The translations under genes were made by a program, and so were the position numbers. A stretch of 64,000 bases of DNA from a bacterium UBP13_UBA5359 (lineage in GTDB: Bacteria > UBP13 > UBA5359): the NCBI GenBank assembly GCA_002410925.1, contig DHPR01000012.1, forward strand, positions 208,643 through 272,642, given 5' to 3'. Below, in pieces: positions 57,899 to 64,000 of this stretch; within the stretch, counting starts at the first letter, position 1, and every line of letters starts with the position of its first letter. Under the pieces are notes generated by a model, which was not told where the DNA came from, searched no databases, and saw only the letters and a program-made list of their open reading frames with translations.

Positions 57899-58753
57899 TC
57901 ACTTGCCGGACGTCTGTTTTATCCATTCCGCCAGGTTCCAGAAGAAGGTCCTGTAGATATCCGTGGAGACCATGCCCGATATCACCGTCAGCTTGATCCC
58001 TATGGACAGACAGAAACCCTTTCCGAGCCTGTTCAAGGAGATTACAGGGCAAGTTCCTTCAAGGAGTTCGGCCTTGTCCATGAAGCTCTTTCCTTTGATC
58101 TGCATTACAGAGGCATCGGCTATCGCTTCAGCCCCGTGCAGATCATAGTAAACGGTGAATCTGGAGGCCTTGTCATCCTCTGGAAGATCAACATCGCTTA
58201 AGCTTCCGGGCAAATCCTTTGACAGCAGGGGAACGAAGGATGAAAAGCGTATGCCTTTGATAATGTTTATGTCCTGTGAGGCTATAACAATGCCGGCGAC
58301 ACGCTTCCAGTAATCCCTCATTTCCTGAAGATATTCCCTGGTTATCAGGCCCCTGTCCAGCAGGCCGTTACCCTTTATGTCAGGCATGTAAGCGCCGTTT
58401 ACGCACCGGATAAGTATCCCTCCGCTGCACACATATTCCTCGACTGCCCGCATACCTTCACGGCTGAGAACACTCCTGTCCTCGGATATGATAACGGCTT
58501 TGTACCCCGATAGCAGATCGGCGGAGGCGATATCCTCCTCCCTGAGAACGCTTACATTGAGCGATTTATCTCTGGACAAGAGATAGTGCCATTTCTTCTG
58601 CGCACCGCCGGCAGCGATCTTTCCGGTGGAAGCATCCACTCTTGGAGAAGGCATAAGGGCTATTTTTACAGGGTCGTCTGCTCTGGCTACCGATAATCCA
58701 CAGATAAGAGAGAGCAGAAACAAAATAAAGGGGATATGGATTCTATTACACAT
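57899..58753 (-). CDS. Secreted protein with class I GATase/trimerisation-like domain
   Basis: Signal peptide; LSGYKAVII...EEYVCSGGIL...NRLGKG. Confidence 0.6.
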   Translation of the reverse strand: MCNRIHIPFILFLLSLICGLSVARADDPVKIALMPSPRVDASTGKIAAGGAQKKWHYLLSRDKSLNVSVLREEDIASADLLSGYKAVIISEDRSVLSREGMRAVEEYVCSGGILIRCVNGAYMPDIKGNGLLDRGLITREYLQEMRDYWKRVAGIVIASQDINIIKGIRFSSFVPLLSKDLPGSLSDVDLPEDDKASRFTVYYDLHGAEAIADASVMQIKGKSFMDKAELLEGTCPVISLNRLGKGFCLSIGIKLTVISGMVSTDIYRTFFWNLAEWIKQTSGK

Positions 58754-58779
58754 ACATCTTTACCTCCATGTCGGCAGAG

Positions 58780-59892
58780 CTAATCTTCAAACATATCGGC
58801 CATCGTAACGGGAAGCCCGCTGTTCAGGGATTGCAGGGCATTCAAGCCCATTATGGTCGACAGCGCTCCGCTCTTTTCATCTGTTTCTACAGGCAAATCA
58901 TGCGCAATACAGCGTCTGAAGTGCTCCAGAGCTCCGTAATGGCCCTTATCCACACTGGGAAAGCTGCGATAATACATCGCCCGCTCGATCTCCTCCCGCG
59001 TCACTTCCGCTCTCCACTTGGACTGAAGCTGTCGCAGCTTGGCCACAGAGATACGGTTGTTGCCTTCGGGACTGAACGCCAGATCGAAATTCTTATCCTG
59101 CTCTCCATCAATCGAGGTGCACTGCAGCTCCACAAAATTATCCATGACCAGCGCGCTGAAGCCGGAGAATATTTCCATTCTCTCCTTGGGATAGCCTGCC
59201 GTGCCGCACCCGCCGGATATGATAGTGGCCGCTGTCCTGTCCGGATAGGCAAGAGTAACGATATTATCGTCCGACCTGCCTCCGATGGCATAGATGGATA
59301 CCGGTCTGCTGTCGGTAATCCAGTTGAGCAGGTCGAAGACATGCGTCAGCTCATGTATCATTGTCGATTCACCGGCAAGCACCTGTTCCTGATGGAATTT
59401 GGGCCAAAGCCTCGATTCCCCGACAATGCGATAACAGATCAGCGCTTTGTCCTGCTTCATCTTGTGAAATATCCTTTTTACCTCCCTCATAATGGGACTG
59501 TAAGAGCGATTGAAACCCACCTGCAGCTTGATGCCCGTGCGCCTGATTATATCCACAATTTCCGCTGAGTCCTCATACCCCATGCTCATCGGTTTTTCTA
59601 CATAGATATGCTTGCCTGCCTCCGCCAATACCCTGATGGGTTCGACGCGGAATTTGGGGCCGGTGCCCAAAATAGCCATATCTATCTCAGGGTCATCAGC
59701 TATGTCTCTGTAATCGGTTGTCATATAGCAGGAATTGTATTCGCCTGTAAGAGAATCGAGTATGCCTCTATCGACATCGCAAAGTGCATGCAATCTCAAT
59801 TTCGGGTTGGCCACCGTATGCGGCAGATGCTTGCCCTGAACAAACCTGCCGCAACCGACTATACCAACATTTAAAATTCCTTCTTTATCCAT
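58780..59892 (-). CDS. Gfo/Idh/MocA oxidoreductase
   Basis: VGIVGCG, AGKHIYVEKP, QVGFNRSY, HELTHVFD. Confidence 0.93.
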   Translation of the reverse strand: MDKEGILNVGIVGCGRFVQGKHLPHTVANPKLRLHALCDVDRGILDSLTGEYNSCYMTTDYRDIADDPEIDMAILGTGPKFRVEPIRVLAEAGKHIYVEKPMSMGYEDSAEIVDIIRRTGIKLQVGFNRSYSPIMREVKRIFHKMKQDKALICYRIVGESRLWPKFHQEQVLAGESTMIHELTHVFDLLNWITDSRPVSIYAIGGRSDDNIVTLAYPDRTAATIISGGCGTAGYPKERMEIFSGFSALVMDNFVELQCTSIDGEQDKNFDLAFSPEGNNRISVAKLRQLQSKWRAEVTREEIERAMYYRSFPSVDKGHYGALEHFRRCIAHDLPVETDEKSGALSTIMGLNALQSLNSGLPVTMADMFED

Positions 59893-59958
59893 TCAAAATA
59901 TCCCTCATTTTTCGGTATTTGCCTAGGCCCTTCCCGAGTCTTCACAAAAGACCCTTTG

Positions 59959-60621
59959 CTAAAAATCATTGAGCATAGTCAGTTGCAATTGGTTTTCCTT
60001 CATTACTCCCACATGCCCATCTACAAAAAGAGTGTTGGCAGTCCTGTTGTGCCAGTACTTTACATACTGCGCAGTGCTCAGCGACAGCAGCCATTTGTCA
60101 AATGCGGAACTGGCATCAACGCAATAGATTATCTGGCTGATCTTCCTGATATCCGTAACCGCCATCGGCTCATGCTGCGTACCTGTAACCTTTCCTCTGA
60201 GATAAAAATTAATCATATAGGTAGTGGCCATCCTATCCTCTATACCGTCCTTGCGCACGTACCAACCATCACGCGCACCTCTTCCTGCGGGTGCGGACGG
60301 ACATCCCCATATGCCCCAACCGGAAGGCCATTTATTGCCGTTCTCGGCATATCCAATGACGTTGTTGCCGGTATATGGCAGGAGCCTCGTGAACCAATTC
60401 TCCCTGTCCCACGCGCTCCAGCATATAAAGGGCAGCATCTCATCGTAGTCCTGAATGTACATCTGCAGGGCCATCCCCACCTGTTTGAGATTGCTGGCAC
60501 AGGCAGCCTGCCGAGCCTTCTCCCTGGCCCGGGCAAAGACCGGGAAAAGTATGGCAGTCAGCAGTGCTATTATAGCGATAACAACTAATAGTTCGATCAA
60601 TGTAAACCCTTTTCTCTTCAC
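59959..60621 (-). CDS. Prepilin-type H-X9-DG (DUF1559-like) protein, copy 3
   Basis: [57 protein letters not shown]. Confidence 0.93.
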   Translation of the reverse strand: MKRKGFTLIELLVVIAIIALLTAILFPVFARAREKARQAACASNLKQVGMALQMYIQDYDEMLPFICWSAWDRENWFTRLLPYTGNNVIGYAENGNKWPSGWGIWGCPSAPAGRGARDGWYVRKDGIEDRMATTYMINFYLRGKVTGTQHEPMAVTDIRKISQIIYCVDASSAFDKWLLSLSTAQYVKYWHNRTANTLFVDGHVGVMKENQLQLTMLNDF

Positions 60622-60637
60622 CTCAAAAACCTCCTTT

Positions 60638-61732
60638 TTAGCTTTTCAGCGCTTGGTGATTAAGATTGCATTTTGCTACCGGCACGGTTCCCCCTATCAT
60701 ATTCATCAGCTTGCCGGCTGCATTCCTGTTCACCTCCCGTTGGGAACGCTCTACCAGGATATCCACAGTCTCCGCGGGAACGGCGCAGTTATCTTCATCG
60801 ACGTAAGCAGCCAACGCCGTACGTTTCCCCGGACATGCTTTCTGCAGGAATTCTCTTACTTCGCAGGTGAGATCACTGCCGGCCGCGATTACAGCGGTTG
60901 CCTGCAGCAGCATTTTCCTCTGCTCGTTATCCATGTCCACTATGCTCGGCCCGGCTTTATCCGAGCCGAAATTGACAATAATTTCTCTGCCCGACAGACC
61001 ATGCTCCCTGACGGCGGATCTGTAACCGCGCAGCATCCTGCCGGCGCCTCTCTCGATAGTTCTGTCCAGAGGCAAACGTTGGCTGCAGACAAGAGCAATA
61101 TCGGTATGCCCCTCGGCAATCATTTTGGATGTCAGATTATAAGCAATTGAGCAATCGTCGCTCAATACTGTCGGCACATCGAGATTCAAATAATCGTTGC
61201 CAACTACAACGAAGGGGCAACCGCTCATCATCAGGGAATATACATCACCCTCGATTACAGGGCTAAGCAGTATCAAACCGGCAATATCCCTCTTCTTTAT
61301 GCTGTTGTCAAGCAGATTATTTATCCCGAAGATCCTTCTGTCCCGAGTTGTAAAGATGTTTAAGCCATAGCCCGCTTCATCGGCAATATCCTTTATTACG
61401 ATTAGACTGCCGGCTACATACCGATTATAGGTGGAAAAGATCTCATCGAATACTATGCCTATATCCCTGGAAGACGAAAACACCCCGGGAGATGGCACTT
61501 TGTCGGATACCACCGTTCCTTTGCGCGGTCGGCGCGATATATATCCATCGCGCATCAGATCGGCATAGGCATCCCTGAGAGTTACCGTGCTGACGCCAAG
61601 CATTTTGCTCATCTCCATGTCCGGCGGAAGCTTGACGCCCGCAGCCAGTTCTCCCGACAGGATCTTCTCCCTTAAGGCATCTCTAATCTGCTTATATATC
61701 GGTTTTCCTTCCTGCAACTCAATGGTTAGCAT
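60638..61732 (-). CDS. GntR-HTH + LacI-type sensor regulator
   Basis: PIYKQI...LPP...LGVSTVTLR...RRPRKGTVV followed by periplasmic-binding-protein-like domain. Confidence 0.88.
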   Translation of the reverse strand: MLTIELQEGKPIYKQIRDALREKILSGELAAGVKLPPDMEMSKMLGVSTVTLRDAYADLMRDGYISRRPRKGTVVSDKVPSPGVFSSSRDIGIVFDEIFSTYNRYVAGSLIVIKDIADEAGYGLNIFTTRDRRIFGINNLLDNSIKKRDIAGLILLSPVIEGDVYSLMMSGCPFVVVGNDYLNLDVPTVLSDDCSIAYNLTSKMIAEGHTDIALVCSQRLPLDRTIERGAGRMLRGYRSAVREHGLSGREIIVNFGSDKAGPSIVDMDNEQRKMLLQATAVIAAGSDLTCEVREFLQKACPGKRTALAAYVDEDNCAVPAETVDILVERSQREVNRNAAGKLMNMIGGTVPVAKCNLNHQALKS

Positions 61733-61768
61733 AATTAACAATCACCAAAATAAACTAATTTATTATAA

Positions 61769-61963
61769 TTATTCGACAAAGATAATAAATATCCTTTTCT
61801 TTCTTGAATTACTTTTATCGCGGTTGAATATCAGATACTTCTCGGAAGTAACCCCGAGATCGGTGCTGACTATGGCCAGAACATCGCCATCCCTTAAGTT
61901 ATGCCTCTCCATTGGCAGGCGCATGGTCAGGCAAGGGCACTGCGGCCTGCAGGCATCCGCCAC
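61769..61963 (-). pseudogene. Degenerate TusA/SirA-like sulfur-carrier domain remnant
   Basis: VADACRPQCPCLTMRL...LRDGDVLAIVSTDLG resembles DACGLQCPGP...L..GD.L.I..TDPG. Confidence 0.45.
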
Positions 61964-62139
61964 TCTGGTTACAGCAGCCGCTTCCGGACAACCTGCTGCA
62001 CAGTTCCTGCCGACGACACCCGGTATGCTGCCGCCGGCAGGACAGATAATTTATATAGCAATTTTATATTATAAAGGAGAGCCTTTATTGTTCCTAGTTT
62101 GACAGGGAGATAAAGGAGCTTGGCGCTGTTAAAATCAGG

Positions 62140-62163
62140 ATTATCTATAGCAAGTCCAATGCC
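62140..62163 (+). repeat. 24-bp direct repeat copy B overlapping the hydrolase stop codon
   Basis: Encodes ALDLL* on the minus strand; matches 54271-54294. Confidence 0.85.
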
Positions 62164-63137
62164 ACGCCACTCAACATCTCATGACCACCCTCAAAAATGA
62201 CTATCTGTATATTTTCATACGTTTTTCTATAATGAATAGCCCGTCCGCCGATACTGTCCAACATATCTGTTTTCAGCGGTGATCTTCTGGTTTCCAGCAT
62301 ATATAGCATCTCTTCTAATGATACAAACGCTGCCTTATCTTTGCAGCCTAAATCGCCGATAACTTTATTGTAGAATTTCAAAGATTGCGTTATCGGGATT
62401 GCGCCGGTATATCCGTCGTGTATGCCGGCATATATCCGTAGAGCAGTATTATTCTTTCTATCCATCGGCGTCTTCCAGTAATACGGAGAACGATCTCTGG
62501 CCTGCCGTAAATCCAATGTTTTCGTAGAGCCGATACATTGCAGGATGTCCTTATAATATTGTAAGCCCCTTCCCCTAGTTTCTTCATACATAGCCGCCAG
62601 GTTGCTGATCGGGACCCAGGCTTCTATAGACCGGATTCTATGCCTGGATTTCATAAATACACCCAAAGCAGCCATTCCTCCCCCACTAGCTCCGATCACG
62701 TATACCTGCTCTGGGTCTACTGCCGCGTTTTTCATTGCATAATCGATAGCATCATCTATATCAGTCAGAACAAGATTGCTAAGACATGCTTCCGATCTCT
62801 TGTTCGGACCCCGAAAATCCGGATGAATATAGTTCCAGTTCCTGCTTTTGGCTTGGGCTGCAAGCGGGCACTTCTGCTTGTAATCGCCGCTCCAGGTATG
62901 TAAGCTGACAAGCAACGGTTGCTTCTCTACAGTCTGAGACTTGAAGAAATATGCCCGTTGCATCATGCCGTCCCCGGAAGAATTTATCTCTACCTCCTTG
63001 AATTCCCGTCCCCAGAAGGCAGGCCGATTATCATCCCATTCATTTGCTGAAGGCTCCTCCGCCTCTGCAGCAGAGCAAGCAAGCGTACTCAGAGTAAGAA
63101 GTCTTCCACATAACAGAAACAGCTTTCCAAACTTCAT
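62145..63137 (-). CDS. Secreted alpha/beta hydrolase (prolyl-oligopeptidase-like/esterase)
   Basis: Signal peptide; PLLVSLHTWS, PDFRGPN, GASGGG, FEGGHE. Confidence 0.85.
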   Translation of the reverse strand: MKFGKLFLLCGRLLTLSTLACSAAEAEEPSANEWDDNRPAFWGREFKEVEINSSGDGMMQRAYFFKSQTVEKQPLLVSLHTWSGDYKQKCPLAAQAKSRNWNYIHPDFRGPNKRSEACLSNLVLTDIDDAIDYAMKNAAVDPEQVYVIGASGGGMAALGVFMKSRHRIRSIEAWVPISNLAAMYEETRGRGLQYYKDILQCIGSTKTLDLRQARDRSPYYWKTPMDRKNNTALRIYAGIHDGYTGAIPITQSLKFYNKVIGDLGCKDKAAFVSLEEMLYMLETRRSPLKTDMLDSIGGRAIHYRKTYENIQIVIFEGGHEMLSGVALDLL

Positions 63138-63249
63138 CTTGCAATACCTTCTTCCTTATATCGATCAATATATTGCTTCGCCGTCAATACTCTTTGCAGA
63201 TTCGATTATCACACTAAGATATCCGCTGCCATCAGCTTTACTTTTGGCA

Positions 63250-64000
63250 TTATTTTAAAACCACCACCGTGGCGGTGCTGTGTTCAGGTATGGTTAGAAG
63301 CAAACCATCCTTTTCTTTCACCAAAAGGACTTCTCTCTTATTCCGATAATGCGTTCCTAGAGTGTAGACACTTCCTACCTCCGGCCAGCCGGCAAAACAA
63401 ACTTTCAGACTCAGCGACCGCTTGATGCTGTCTCTTTCCGATATACTGCGGCGACCGCCGATCAAAGATATCACTACCTCGCCGTTGCCGACCCGGAAGA
63501 TGTTTCCTCGGCAATCTCCAGGCAGCTTGATGGGGTGGAGTTCAAGTATCCATTTTCTCCCTTTCAGCTTGCTCAGAAGTGGCAGATAAGCTTCAAAGAT
63601 CTTTTTTATCTCTTCGGAAGGATGCGGCATTACCGAGTATGAGGCTCCATAAAGGACACATTGCTGTAGCATGTCTTCTACCGCTCCAGCATCTTTGTAA
63701 TAGGTATGAAAGAGTAGCGGCTTGGCGATACAAAGGTATTTAAGCCATCGGCCACCCAGGAGGGAGGAGCCTTCGGCCATATGGCCATCAACATCCTTTT
63801 GCACCTCAATGTTGACAGGGCTGTTGCTGAAGATCAATTTGCCCTGATGATGAATCTTCTCGGTCAGCTTGCTTACAGGTGCTTCGTAACAATGCCGGAG
63901 CATATAAGCCGCTTTGTTACGATACATGGTTACTCCATCGTCGTGGACAGTGTCTACAGCATCGTAACACAACTGGTCAAGAAATATACCGTCTATCTCC
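63250..64000 (-). CDS. 3' part of a putative glycoside-hydrolase-like protein; runs off window end
   Basis: Frame open to window edge (EIDGIFLDQLCY...); DGIFLD resembles TIM-barrel GH nucleophile motifs. Confidence 0.55.
   Translation of the reverse strand, partial: EIDGIFLDQLCYDAVDTVHDDGVTMYRNKAAYMLRHCYEAPVSKLTEKIHHQGKLIFSNSPVNIEVQKDVDGHMAEGSSLLGGRWLKYLCIAKPLLFHTYYKDAGAVEDMLQQCVLYGASYSVMPHPSEEIKKIFEAYLPLLSKLKGRKWILELHPIKLPGDCRGNIFRVGNGEVVISLIGGRRSISERDSIKRSLSLKVCFAGWPEVGSVYTLGTHYRNKREVLLVKEKDGLLLTIPEHSTATVVVLK

Noticed and set aside
58768-60588. Plus-strand ORFs of 266 and 210 aa
   Set aside because: Antisense shadows of the Gfo/Idh/MocA and prepilin genes

Overview
Bacterial chromosomal window with two kinds of DNA. 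(1) A minus-strand housekeeping backbone in Bacillota-like gene order: ispE, NTP-transferase, ridA, spoVG, tRNA-Gln, glmU, prs, rplY, pth, mfd, prsA, mazG/yabN, hup, plus mnmA. (2) Extensive accessory carbohydrate-utilisation DNA. The most striking structure is a module that occurs three times: sugar-sensing regulator (GntR-LacI or LacI), then one prepilin-like H-X9-DG (DUF1559-type) gene, then secreted glycoside-hydrolase-like or other catabolic genes. It may be a polysaccharide-utilisation-locus analogue built around a pilin-like protein. The third module sits in a ~7.9 kb segment bounded by a 24-bp direct repeat duplicating the 3' end of a hydrolase gene. Features absent from the ORF track: a decayed ~2.2 kb transposon with multi-copy inverted ends containing an internally deleted IS21; a 4-gene aldolase cassette flanked by direct repeats; two REP-like palindromes; a Phd/VapC toxin-antitoxin remnant with an 18-bp palindrome; two apparently leaderless regulators; and a 33-aa ORF coupled to mnmA. 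All family calls come from motif recognition by eye, not database searches. No CRISPR array or rRNA was seen.
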